Shown here piece by piece: positions 36,048 to 49,040 of a DNA stretch of 64,000 nt (its first letter is position 1; each line of letters begins with the position of its first letter). The position numbers were made by a program, and so were the translations under genes. This DNA is from Adineta vaga (lineage: Eukaryota; Animalia; Rotifera): the NCBI GenBank assembly GCA_021613535.1, contig CP075492.1, positions 20,290,755 through 20,354,754 of the forward strand. The letters are read 5' to 3'. A model generated the notes under the pieces. It made no database searches and was not told the DNA's origin. It worked only from the letters and a program-made list of their open reading frames with translations.

Positions 36048-37338
36048 TTAAGAGTTATCTACTTTCGTAGTTGTTGGAAACAGTATTTTTAAGGTTTGTT
36101 CAAGATTAAATTGACCACATTGAATCATGTTAATTTGGCGATTTTCGATGGCAATGACAATGGTATCAACAATCGGTGGCTTTGTAAATTTTTCTTGATT
36201 CTTCAGTAGTTTTTGTTTTTCGTCGTTTACTTTTTGAATACATACTTCACAAAATGCTTCAGCGTGATATATAGTTTCTTGTATTATATCGTTTATAAAT
36301 TGATTTATGGAATGTGCTTCAATACTTGTTGTTGAATGGACTGTAGGCAACAAATAGTGTTTATCAAACATAACATGTGTAAATATATCTATAATTTTAG
36401 CTAAACCAAGATTTTGAAAAGTGCACAATGATAATGTTGAGGATTTCGGGGATGTCAGTAACCAATTTTTGAACAAAGCAATTTCATGTCTAAGTTTGTA
36501 TTCATCATCAATTGCTTTCCAAATAAGTTTGGCTGAGTGTATCTAAATAAATTCGACAAAATGCATAATATATGAAATGTAATATTTGTCTTTTGTGTTT
36601 ACATACCTCTGTCTGTGTTGGTCTTAATTTGTAGAAATTTTGAACTAATTCATGATCTTTCGCATGAAATTTTAGAATACTTCTACGTCTTTGAAGTTCC
36701 ATACGTAATTCATATTGATCTTGGTGTACAATGTTCTTGATGATAGTCATGAGCTGATTCGAGTCAATGAAAGCTGGTATTTGTTTCATATGTTCGACGA
36801 CATCAGTCTGAATCTTTTCCAAATTCTTCTTATATCGATTACGACGCTGTTCGACTAAGACTCTTGAACGACCGTAAGTGTAACTCATTGAATTGACGAG
36901 GGCCATATTTTTCGATACTCGTCCACTCCATATATGTTCAGTAATCCCAAGTTCGTAAAAATAATTCCATTGATCATTTTGAACTTGTAAATAATTGGGT
37001 GTATTGACTAATTGAGTCAATGGACGGACAAGTGCGAAGATTTCATCGATATCTAATAATTTACTGAAGAAATGTCCCTCTGTATCAGATATGATTGCCG
37101 TTAATAATAGTGCTTTAAAATCTTCGTTTGAAAGTTTTGTATAATCGGTTAGGAATAGAGTAGGATCTGCATTGGAGATAATGTAGAAAGGATAGTATTG
37201 TTTCTTATTAATAAATGATGTGTTTGATTCATTGAATTGCATAACTTGATCTAGTTGCCATTGTTGAACACTTTTGTTCGAAACTGACCTTCTATGGCGT
37301 TGTTTCTGGATACCTCGACTTTGTTTTGATTTTGTCAT
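36048..37338 (-). CDS. Terminon coiled-coil ORF (intron 36606-36543)
   Basis: ORFs 36508..37350 and 36048..36476 are joined in frame by a 64-nt GT-AG intron at a position similar to the one in ORF 3791. Basic N-terminus. Confidence 0.75.
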
Positions 37339-37536
37339 GTTTCTGTACACTAGGTGTAATGAAGAGAATATATGGTTTCAGATAATCTAAAGTAGACAAG
37401 AAAAGAACAGTGAACGTGTAACTTTATGCTATTTTGAAAAAGAAAAGAATCATCGAAGAAGTCAACACAAATGAACAACGATTTCTAAACAAAGAAGATT
37501 CTTCTATAATATAGGAGCTGTAGATGTTTATATTGT

Positions 37537-38996
37537 TCATTGTACAGGAATGGGTCGAGTAGATTTATTTTCTAAATGTAGAAGTAAAAAACGATGCGAC
37601 ATAATATAGTAATATGAAGGATAGTATATTTACTTTTTCTCAATGGATCTTTCAACAGAGGTGAACGCGGACGTTTACATGATAATTCAAAATCTAGATC
37701 AGGATTATTTTGATGACCGACAATTAATCGGATATTGCTATGTTCTGTATTCTTAAACATATCATTGTGAATTTCATGGATAGATCGTTGCAATCCTGAT
37801 AATCTTGCTTCATGTACACAATGAATAAAAATCGTGTTTTGATATTTGTCATTCCATTTTTTCTTCACTATTGTTTCTGGAAATGGTGTGATTATTCGTC
37901 GATCCGTTTGAATATCTGTAATAATATCAACTGTAGCAGCGTTTTGTGTTACTATTGTTTGTGGTATAGTTGGTTGAGCTAATAATTTTTCACGCATAGT
38001 TAAGAATTCTTGTTCATTGTTGAGCAATGGTATGATACGTGAGGAATACGACGGAAGATATTTCGTAAAAAATCGTTGAAATTCTTTATTGATGTGTTTT
38101 GATGGATAACTACAAGAGAATCATGAAGAGTTTTATTTAAGAAAAGAAAAAGAATCATTACCTATTATATAATAACATCAATCGGACATTGCGTTGTTCT
38201 TGATTGAATATTTCCAATGTTGTTGAATATCGAAGAGCTCTCATAAGTGCAGTTTGTATACAATTTCGAAAGATATGTCGCGGATGATCTGATAGAAAGC
38301 AGAGAATGGTCGGCTCTGCTGCTAGCTTATGATAGACTGATGATATAAGAGTACCGTTCTGATTTTGAAGAAGAATATCTAAAAATGGAAGACTTTTACT
38401 AATCTGATATTCTAATTTAATATTCGGATGAAATTTATTTGCTGTATCCAATAGTTTCGTGAGATTTTGCTTCGAACCATTCCAAGTAAAGAAAACATCG
38501 TCAATATATCTATGTATAATGGAAGAATGAGAAGCATCGATGTTTGAAAACGAGCATTCAGCTGAACTTACCGGCCATATAATTCACGAGAGGGTAAATT
38601 AGAAAGAATGGTTTGTTTTTCCCAATACCACATGAATATATTTGCTAATGTTAACGTAAATGGAGAACCCATAGCTCCACCGATAATTTGTCGATAGAAT
38701 TTATTATCATGTACAAACACATTTTTCTGAAGTACCATACGAGCCAGTTCGATAATAGTATCGATCGAAATCCCATTCGAATGAGTACATTGATGCTCAC
38801 GAAGAAATTGTCCGAGAATCATTAATGACTCTTCTTGTGGTAATATCGTATATAGATTGTTAATATCGAAAGTAACAAAGAGTGTGGACGAATTCAAGTA
38901 ACCATTTCGAATATATGTTTGAAATTTATCGAGAAGATCAACACCATCATCGATAGTTGTGTGTCGCACGTATTTATCGAATAGTGGACGAATTAA
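37537..38996 (-). pseudogene. Athena reverse transcriptase, 5' half lost at piggyBac
   Basis: FDINNLYT, GGAMGSP, R|YIDD (intron 38571-38510), FLDI, SDHPRH; further introns 38161-38110 and 37633-37572. Confidence 0.85.
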
Positions 38997-40818
38997 CCCT
39001 AGTACTCCCAAGCCTATTTTTAGCGATAAAAATAGAATGCATTTTGAGAAGGATATTTTTGTCTCTTTCAACAAGCATCTGATTAAAACTGAGTTGTTTC
39101 TAAGTATTAGTCAATCAAAAATGACTAAACTAATTGGTTTTGTTTATTTAGAACAATTAATACGAAAAACGCGTTTCATACTATGCTGTTTGCATATAGG
39201 CTCTGAACATTTGTAGCATGTATTAGAAACTTTTCTGTCACTTGAATAATCGCAAAGTGAACATCGTTTTCGCTTGGAGCGTGCAGAATCTGTGACAAAT
39301 GTTTCTAATTCTGTTTCTATTCGCGGATAACCAAATCGAACTAGCGCATTTTGAATATCTTTGTGTAATGTTGATGAGTTTTTTATGCGAAAATCTAAAA
39401 GATAGGATGTCAGAAGTGTTCCTAACTCTTCTAGAAATAGACGACGCTTGTATTTTTTATTCGCATTCCAATTTGGATTTTTCTTTTTCCATAAGCTCAT
39501 TGCATTGATAGCAGCAGCATCAATCATTCCATAAAAAACACATAGTGGCCATCGTCTTGTACCTCTTTTTACAGAGTACTTGTGACACATTTCGTCAATA
39601 GTGTCAACAGCCCCTTTGCTTTTGTTATAGTCCAGAACAATATTCGGTTTTCCAGTTCCGATATCTACTTTGCTATCATGATGCATAGAAGAGAGTAATA
39701 TGACAGCTTTGTTTTTCTTTGGAACGTAAGACACCAGTGTTAGATTGTCGCTGAAACCGAATATCGATGAACCAACGTCGCGATTTTTATTTGACTGAAA
39801 TTCGATAGGAATCTCGGGCTTATTTTTTCTCAAGGTTCCTACCAAAGTAAGTTTCTCTGAGTGTAATTCTTTCGCTAAATGAATACTGGTAAAGAAATTG
39901 TCGATCGTAACATTTCTATTCGAGCCGTACATTGGTTTCATTAGCTCTAAAACGACATTAGCACCAACAAATCGTTGCCGTTGTTCATTAGGTTGCCGTT
40001 CGATATAAGGAAATGCATCGAATATATAGTAAGAATTGACATCGACACAGAACCAGAATTTAATCGCATATTTATCCGGTTTAGATGGATATATTGACGA
40101 AATGGACACTTCCCTCGAAATCCCAAAAGCCGTTCGTCAATTGTAACATGCGATCCAGGGTTGTAGCATTTCTTTAAATTTTCTCGAAAAATCTGTCCAA
40201 ATTTCACGAGATACAGCGAATTTGTCCGTTCGTTTCCTCTCTTCTCGTGCTGTTTTATTGTCAAACCGAATTGATGAAATTATTGTTTCAAAGCGATTTC
40301 TTGACATGGTAGCTCTGAATATCGGAGATTCCAGTGGGCTTCTATTCCACAAAGATTTAATATTTTTCTTTGATTTTCTCATTAATCCACCCAATAATAA
40401 AAGCCCAATAAACGCTTTGAGTTCAATTAATGTTATTCGTTTCCGTTCACCATTAGAAGCTGTGTTACGATTTCCTTCGATATTTGAATAAACCATTATC
40501 TTGTTCAGCTTTTCCTCTGATATGAAACACAGAAAGGCGTCCTCGACAGAAGTTATGTTTTCACTAAATTCTGTAAGTCCAGAATTCTCAGTGGCAGTAT
40601 TAGAAAACGTTGTTTTGCTTGCATGTGATGGAATTGAGAACCAGGTCATCCTGGATCTGGAACTAAAGGGAGTTTCCTCGATAAAATCTATATTCGCATC
40701 GATTTGCAGGCGATCAAATTCTATGAGATCAATTTCACTCTCATATTCCGATGTTTCACTTTGAGCATCATGTGTTTCCGAACCATTTTCGCTGTCTACA
40801 TCAGAACAGTCTTCATTA

Positions 40819-43761
40819 CAGAGCTAGGACAAGTACAAGTACAAGTACCGCAAGTAAAAGTATTTTACTTGTACTTGCTAACCTTCATGATTAGAGGCGT
40901 ATGACTGCTGGATGTACAGAGGTGGAAGACGCCTGTATCAATATGTGTTTGTATACAGAAGCGGTTTCTGTTGAAGATCGCGTTTACATAAGAATGATGA
41001 AATGGTTTTCCAGGGCATAACACATTTAACACGCAAAGAACATATCACCATGTGATAACATATGATTGCATGACGTCATATACGTATATATGTACATATG
41101 GATGACTAGGATGAAAAAAGATGTATCATGACGTCATTGCGTGTCAATCTTTTGAATTCTCCGTTTTTCTTATGCTTCTAGTAGTTTCGCTCCATATAAA
41201 TACTGAATCGTATGATAGCAAAAGATTAGAAAATAGTTACTTCTTCCACCTGACCTTTTCGTATTATATAAACTTCTTCGATTTCAAGCCTGGAAAAGGC
41301 AAGAAGATATATGGCACATGTAAATCTCGTGGTGAAACTTATACGGACATAGTTGGTTTAACAGGAAACTTCCATAGACATCTCAAACGTGCACATGATG
41401 ATGTTTATATTAAAGCAAAATCTCCGAATTCTACCAAGCCCATTGAAGATACAAATGATGTTTCGGAATCATTGACAAACAACAACGATAAAATTAATCA
41501 AACTATCCTTGAAGAATTAATTGTGAAGTACAATTTGCCTTTATCAATAGCTGAATCTCATAGCTTTAGGAGCTTTATGAAAATACTTACTCCAAAATGA
41601 AAAAACACGTCCTCTCGTTACTACACCAAAGTATTATTACCATCCTTGATAAAGAATATAGAAAACAAAATAAAAAATTTGCTTCAAGATGTTAAACATC
41701 TAACAATTACAATCGATCTTTGGACTGATAGAAGAGGAAGATCCTTTGTTGGTGTTACAGGTCATTTTCTTGATTCGCATAGTGTTCCACAAGCTCTTCT
41801 TTTGGATTTTTTACGCTTCAAAGGTGCACACACTGAAGAAAATATCCATAATATTACGGAACAAATACTGGACAAATTGGAGGTAAGCATAACTGATATC
41901 ATTAGCTCACCTAATGCGAATTGTAGTACGAATCTTTTAAGATCTTATTCTATGAAAGTGTATAAAAATATCGGAATTTTAAGCTAAAAGTATATTTTCT
42001 ATCAGTCAAGAAAATGTGATATTGTAATCACTGGTGCATGATGAATTTCTTTTATAGATCAAGGATAAAGTGTTTCGCATTGTGACAGACAACGCTGCTA
42101 ATATGAAAAAAGCATATAAATTTGGTTTGAATGTGGTGGAAAATCACGGAAATGTTTCAGAAGATAATAATGATCAACAACAAGGTGATAATTCATTAGA
42201 TTTTATCATTGATGATGTTACGGCACCAGATGAATGGACTTTAATTGATTGGTGTGACAGTGACAAAGATTCCGCTGGTGCAAATACTGACCGTGAAATA
42301 CGTTTGTCATGTTTTGCGGATTCCCTCCAGTTGTCTATTCGAGATGGATTGAAAAATACTCCTCTCTTATCGAAGTCGTTATCAAAATGTATCAAGTTAG
42401 CTCGACGATCTCATAAGTCAACCAAAGTAGCAGAACTTCTTGAGGATGTTGGAAAGACAATAAATCGGTCAAATGCAACAAGATGGAGTTCTGAATATTT
42501 ATTAATCAAATCGATTAAAGCTTTAGGGGAAAAAATATTGATGAAATTATGGATCTTATTGACGATAGTAATTTTAAATTCAGTAGTAATGATTTCACTG
42601 TATTGCAAGAAGCAATCGACATTTTAGAGCCGTTTGCTGAAATAACTTGTCGTATTCAATCGGAATCAGTTGTTACTGCTAGTCTTGTGGTTCCATCAAT
42701 GGTTCATATTATCGATCATCTCAAGAATAATAAGCCAAGTATTCAGTTTTTGAAAAAAATGTGTAATCAACTTGAGACTTCTATTTATACAAGATTTGCT
42801 GGTATCACGAAACGATTAACACAACGAATAGTTTCCACAGATGATCCTTTCTCGGATCCACTTTACTTTGTTTCTGCCGTTTTGGATCCTGAGTTTAAGT
42901 TCTATTGGCTTGCTCAAATGGACTATAAGCCCACGATGGAAACACAGATGAAACAGTTATTGATTCAGTTAATATTAAATGAGTGCGATACAAATGACAA
43001 CATATCGTTCGACGATACACTAAGTTCACAATCATCACCATCAAAATTTACTCTAAATAGTTATGCAACACAAGTAGTTGATACGTCAATCATTAAAAAG
43101 CGAAAATTGTTCCAGTACGATGATAATCACAATTTTTTACTTAAGTCAAAAGTGAATCCTTTGAGCGAAATTAATGCGTACATAAATGATCCAATGCGAT
43201 CCAAATTCTCACTATACTGGAACAGATCGCAGTTACATTCGTTAAAAGCTGTGGTTGAACGAATATTTTCTGTGCAAGCATCTTCAGCACCTATTGAAAG
43301 AGTTTTCAGTCAAGCAGGCATCATTATGACTCCTAGACGAACATCAATGCAAGAAGAAGTTTTTAGAAGTTTAGTCTTTTTACGTGTGAATCAAGACTTC
43401 ATCTAAGAGACGATTTTAAAACTGACTCTTAGTCTCCATACACTTAAATATTTTTACTTTACCTTTTTCTCAGAAATTGTTTTATGCATGTTCCGTTTTC
43501 ACGATTTTTTAATATTTATAATACATGATTTTAAATAACAACACAATCTCAATGGCTTAATTTTGCGTATATCAACTACAGTGGAACGCAATACCTAAAT
43601 ACTAAAATAGATTTTGATCCCATGATAAGAAATGGACATCAATTCATGGTCAGAGTGTTGGACCGACTTAATTCATAAAACGACCGCTGCAGGAAAAAGC
43701 AAACACTAAGTACAAGTACTCTTGTTGAAGTACAAGTACAAATACTTGCGTCCTAGCTCTG
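40819..43761 (+). mobile_element. hAT transposon
   Basis: TIR CAGAGCTAGGAC, 8-bp TSD CTTCATTA, subterminal CAAGTA repeats. Confidence 0.92.
41121..43406 (+). pseudogene. hAT transposase (BED finger, DDE, dimerisation domain), disrupted
   Basis: NFHRHL, IDLWT, VTDNAANM, TRWSS, SAPIERVFS motifs; stop, intron and frameshift. Confidence 0.85.
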
Positions 43762-45096
43762 CTTCATTATTTTCTTCTTCAAACCAAGTTCCTTCTTCCA
43801 TTATTTTATATTATGACTCTCGACATTTTTGTTCGTATTATACACGAATCCAAAAGAAAGAATAGAAAATTCAGAAATAAAATGAAGTAAGAAGAACACC
43901 ATAGAACATACTTGAGTCATGAAAAAAAAATCGAGAATAGTGATAGAAAATGTTTGATTTATTCATAAGTACAGAATATAAGAAAGGAAAGGAAAATATG
44001 TGCATAGTAGAATGATATTCTATCAAACATGTATTTCTTTCACACGAGACAATTATATATTATTCACAATGTCTTTCATGCTTCCAACCATGAAAAAAAA
44101 AGATTTTTACAGTATTTTCATGCTTTTCAAAAGCAGGGTCCATTTGGACCCTGGTTGGTAGTACTAGGGTTAATAACTTCGTTTTTTTAAAATAAAATTA
44201 CTTTGTGTTTTTTTCAGTTAAACATGCTCGTTAGTTCTTTTCGAAGAATGAGTTTGTACATTCTATGAATTTTCGGGAGACTTATATAAATTGATGTCTC
44301 GATTGTTCTCGATGAATGCATTCCTATTCTTTGATACACATTTTCAGAGAAGACTTTCTCTCGAAATTGCGTATATAGAAGAAAAAAAGAATATTCCTGG
44401 AAATCTGTACTAAAAAAAACGTTGAGATATTTTGATAATCGTTTTTTCTTCTTCTTCGTAATTACAGTCTCTACTTTGTATTTGCATGACTGACACCGCC
44501 AAAATCGAATGGATATATCTTTTTTTAATTGAGTTTGAAATTGTAAAGATAATCAAAATCATTTGTTAAATATTAGTTTCTCTACTGAGATTTCACGTCG
44601 GAAAAACAGGAAGTTTATTGTCAAAAATCTTTTAAAGTACCGCAGGTAGAAATTAAAGATGAAAAAAAATTTATCAGAAATATTCCATTCCATTTTCCAG
44701 GAACGAAATTTTTCTCGGAAACTGCTCATATATATGAGAAAGCAGCTTCTCTTTCTAAATAATTGCGTCTAAAATATAGAAGAGAAATAAATGTTCTTAC
44801 ATTATAGTGATTATTTTTTATACGTTGCATTTTTCTTTTACGATACAGCATATAGAGTCAACTCAAACAACAGGCGAGATTAAAAATGAAATTGATCACA
44901 GAGAGAGACGTCTATTAATCTTTAGAGTATTCTAAAGTTGGACTGGAGCCTTTTAAAAATGCTATTAACGTCATTAGAATCTTTTGATGAACTATTATTA
45001 GTGTCCATGTTGTTTTGATTTTTATTGTAAAAAGTCATACTGAAGTTGTTTAGTTTTCGCGTATATACTCCTTCTTACTTTTTATACTTATGATAG

Positions 45097-48070
45097 ATGT
45101 TGATCAACCGTTTGTTTTTAATCTATGCGTATTTACATATATCGATAATTAATACGAGTCACTTCTTTGGTGGAACAATTACATGGTGAGTTATTTGCAG
45201 ATTTTCATTAGTTTCATGTAAAACTTGTATTTTTTTAGGCGTCCTTCTAATAACATTCCATCTGGGTCAACAGTTTCTCTTATCGTACGTAAACGTTGGT
45301 CATGGAGACGTGATTATTATTCACCTATGTGTTCTTCTGATACTATTTCCGCACAAAGTCCTATGATGGGTGATTTCACCAGTTTGAGTTGTCTATCTGG
45401 TAATTGTAGCTATTGGACTGCTACTACTGCCACACAATTATATTGTACTGATTTTAGCATTGAATCCGACTTTTCTTCCGGAGAATATTTTTATACAACT
45501 CCTATACCGTTTAACCTTTCATTCATTGTGAGTTTTACTGGCAGTAGTTGGATGCCTAGTCTTGTTGTTGGATATAGCGGAAGCTGGAGTTTTAGGAGTC
45601 GAATTAACACTGTACTTCGACCAGATGGCTATATTAACAGTAGTCCCGTTGCTATCATTGATCCTATTATCTACAAGCAAATAGGTGTTCAACATGTATA
45701 TACTGTTCGAATGTCTGATTATGATTTAACTGATATACTGAGATGTCGATGGGCAACGAATCAAACTAGTAATACAAATGGAGGGGATGAGTGTGGTGGT
45801 GTATGCCTTGGCGTGCCCGGTGCTGTTCTCATTTCATATAATTGTACTATTGTTTTTACACTTACCATTGCTAGTAAGTACGCAGCAGTCGCACTACAAT
45901 TAGAAGATTACTATGATAGTGCATCGTTAACACCAATGAGTTCGATTCCTATTCAGTTTCTATTCTATGGCTACAGTCTTAGTGCCAATTGTACTACTCC
46001 ACCAGATATTGTTGGATATCGACCAAATAGAGGTAAGATATGACAGCTTATTGTACATCATTTGATTACTAACAATTATTTGGTTTTAAGCTTGTATCGG
46101 TACGTTACCCGGGATCCTTGTCACGGGATATATTATAGCAAGAACTTATTGTCCCGGAACAAGTATTGATCAGTTTTTGACTATTTCTCCAATTGGTATG
46201 ACAAAGAGTAATGTTACCGCTCTTAATTCTAGTTAGTACATATTACATTTCGTTCATCTCATAACTTTTATCTCTTGTATATTAGCAACTTATCAAATCA
46301 CTCTCGCATGGACTCCCAATTATAGCCAAAGTGGTCCACAAGTGTTCTGTGCAATAGCTGTTGACAATAATTACATTTCGTCCAACCAATGGTGTTTTAC
46401 ATATCTAGTTAATGCCACAACACCCGGCATCATAAGCACAAGGTCTTATGGTCCGCTTATCTTCTTTCAAGATCAAACTCTCTTCACTATTTACGGTACT
46501 ATATTTTATACTGACAGATAGATATCACTTATTTCAGTTCTTGAATTAAATTCAGGAGTATGACTAAGAATGAAGAAGGGATACTTAATTTTTCCCATTC
46601 AGATTCATACCCTACAATTTACTGATTAATTTTTATCGATGATACTAAAATATATTCATCTTTTCTAGCAACACAAAATGTTAGTCGACCACGACGCACT
46701 GGTATTAATATTTATTTTCATGATGCTAATATTAGTGCAATTGTTTCCACGTTTGATTGTTCTAACGCATCGGAAATAACATATACAGCTAACACTATTC
46801 TCGTCAATTTTACCACAGCACCATGGATTTCTGGACACTCGTATTATGTCATATTCGATCCAGGTATATAGGAGTTCCTCTATCTGAATTTACTTTTATT
46901 TATTTTTTTCCATTCAGGCGTCGTTTTGGGAATAGACTTTTGTGGTAAGTAATCATTGATTGACAATATCAACTGGAAGAGAAGATATTTACATTATGGC
47001 TGTTTATAGGTGCCGAGTCTCTTCCAGTCATCGATCCAACACCCTGGACATTTAATATTATAGATCAAACAACCACGACTTTAACCACTACGACTAGCAC
47101 AACTAGTACCTCAACATCATCAAGCAGCACTTCGAGTACTTCAACCTCCTCGACAAGCACTTCAACAACATCCACCAGCACAAGTTCTACTTCAACGTCT
47201 TCAACAAGCACCTCGACATCATCCACCAGCACTTCATCAACATTCACTAGTACCTCAAGTACTTCATCATCATCAACTAGTACGTCCAGTTCTTCAACAA
47301 CATCCACTAGTACTCAGAGTACTTCAACATCGTCAACTAGCACTTCGTCATCGTCCACCAGCACAAGTTCTACTTCAACATCCTCAACGAGCACATCATC
47401 AACATCTACCAGTACTTCGTCAACATCCACTAGTAGTACCTCAAGTACTTCATCATCGTCAACTAGCAGCTCCTCAACATCCACGAGCACTTCGAGTACT
47501 TCAGCATCGTCAACTAGCACTTCGTCAACGTCCACCAGCACAAGTTCTACTTCATCATCATCGACTAGCAGCTCTTCGACATCCGCCAGCAGTTCGAGCA
47601 CTTCAACATCCTCAACCAGTGCTAGCCCTACTTCATCATCATCAACAAGCACCTCTACATCGTCTAGCAGTACTTCGAGTACCTCAACTACTTCGACAAG
47701 TACTTCATCAACATCCACTAGTACCTCAAGTACCTCACCATCATCAACTAGTACGACCAGTTCTTCAACATCATCAACCAGCAGCTCCTCAACATCCATC
47801 AGCACTTCGAGTACCTCTACGTCCTCGACAAGCACTTCAACAACATCCACTAGTACTCAGAGTACTTCAACATCGTCAACTAGTACCGCTAGTACTTCGA
47901 CGTCCTCGACAAGTACAGTAATAACTTCGACCAGTACCATCACGACTTACTGTTTTATACCAAAAATCACACTTATGCCAGGTGGATCGTCATTATTATC
48001 TCCCATTGAATTTCGATATAGTGAAAATTTATATATTCATTCACTCATTGGATTAACATGTAACAATTCT
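45097..48070 (+). pseudogene. Multi-exon secreted/adhesion protein with Ser/Thr mucin tract and start of a REJ-like region, truncated by telomeric repeats
   Basis: Signal peptide plus SHFFGGTITW exon, ORF 45225..46043, several short introns, ~290-codon S/T tract (47070-47940), then CFIPKITL..SSL.SP..F. The next intron (GTAAGT, 48071) is cut at 48079. Confidence 0.6.
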
Positions 48071-48080
48071 GTAAGTTTCT

Positions 48081-48106
48081 TGAGGGTGGGTGAGGGTGTG
48101 GATGTG
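48081..48106 (+). repeat. Telomeric-type repeats at gene truncation
   Basis: TGAGGGTGGGTGAGGGTGTGGATGTG. Confidence 0.85.
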
Positions 48107-48113
48107 TTCCAGC

Positions 48114-48158
48114 AGCCATGACGCGTTTCGAACCCGCTACGGTTCTCATCAGATGGCT
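48114..48158 (-). ncRNA. Intact minimal hammerhead ribozyme in a 216-bp-period unit (partial second copy 48316-48355)
   Basis: Sense AGCCAT-CTGATGA-GAACC/GGTTC-GAAA-CGCG-TC-ATGGCT. Confidence 0.88.
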
Positions 48159-48355
48159 TCTTGTTCAAAAAAGATCAGAATTAAATTAATTTCAACTGGA
48201 AAAAGTCAAAACTAACTTAATTCTATCATTCTTAAACGCAATACACTGTTATAAGTCAATTTTAATGACGAAAAATCAGAAAAACCAACTTATAATGGTA
48301 TTGTTGGCTTGAGCAGTGTGTGTTCCAGCAGCCATGACGCGTTTCGAACCCGCTA

Positions 48356-48398
48356 GAGGGTGGGTGTGGGTGTGGGTGTGGGTGTGGGTGTGGGTGTG
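48356..48398 (+). repeat. (TGTGGG)n telomeric repeats capping the truncated hammerhead copy
   Basis: Seen directly. Confidence 0.9.
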
Positions 48399-49040
48399 TT
48401 TGAAAATAGGTATAGAGATAATCAAATATTAGAAATCTTTTCATTTTGCCCACGAGACTAAAGATTCGAATTTATTTAAAGTATCCACATAGATATGCTT
48501 GAATAAGTACGAGAAACTTATTCGAAAAGATCATTATATCAGAGCAGGACTCGAACCCACATCTTCCGATAACCGGTCGGCTATTCTACCAATTAAACTA
48601 TCTGATGTTCTCTTCTGTTAGTTAATAACAACATATCAAAACTCTGAATAAATCGAGATCGATAGTTCAGGACATAAATGATCAAATGATTAACTAATAA
48701 AGATTCTTATTGTTGCACGAGGACTATAAGAACCTAGTTAAGCAAAATAAGAAACTTCCAATGTAGCAAAACAGAACTCTTAATCCACGACATATAAAAG
48801 ATATTTAAAGAAAATCAAAAGATAATCAAAAGATATCAATGTATATATCACGACAATAGAGTTACTACATTTTCCATATCTTTAATACGAAACTAAGATC
48901 TTTGTTCGCAACAAGGTCGTAACAACGAAGGTGTGTTTGAAAATAGGTATAGAAAGAATCAAATATTAGAAATCTTTTCATTTTGTCCACGAGACTAAAG
49001 ATTCGAATTTATTTAAAGTATCCACATAGATATGCTTGAA
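48394..49040 (-). mobile_element. tRNA-mimic retro-unit subtype B, 537-bp period with ~110-bp terminal redundancy
   Basis: GTGTGTTTGAAAATAGGTATAG... at 48394 and 48931; homologous to 6791-7130. Confidence 0.78.
48536..48607 (-). ncRNA. tRNA-like cloverleaf (GGT)
   Basis: ATCAGA/TCTGAT acceptor stem (compensatory relative to ATCAAA/TTTGAT); A and B boxes intact. Confidence 0.75.

Larger units (their letters stand above)
35576..38996 (-). mobile_element. 3' portion of an Athena/Terminon element (RT + downstream CC-ORF + 3' UTR)
   Basis: YIDD-type RT without endonuclease, co-oriented CC-ORF, 3' end attached to the telomeric array. Confidence 0.85.
38997..44169 (-). mobile_element. piggyBac element with nested hAT
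   Basis: TTAA flanks and TIR CCCTAGTACT.CCAA. Transposase pieces run from ~43800 to 39144 (TIDE, DNFFTS, YNKSKGAVD, Cys-rich end) with frameshifts. Confidence 0.9.

Noticed and set aside
47065-47921. Val/Asp/Glu-rich minus-strand ORFs and ORF 47619..47921
   Set aside because: Antisense or off-frame readings of the Ser/Thr tract.
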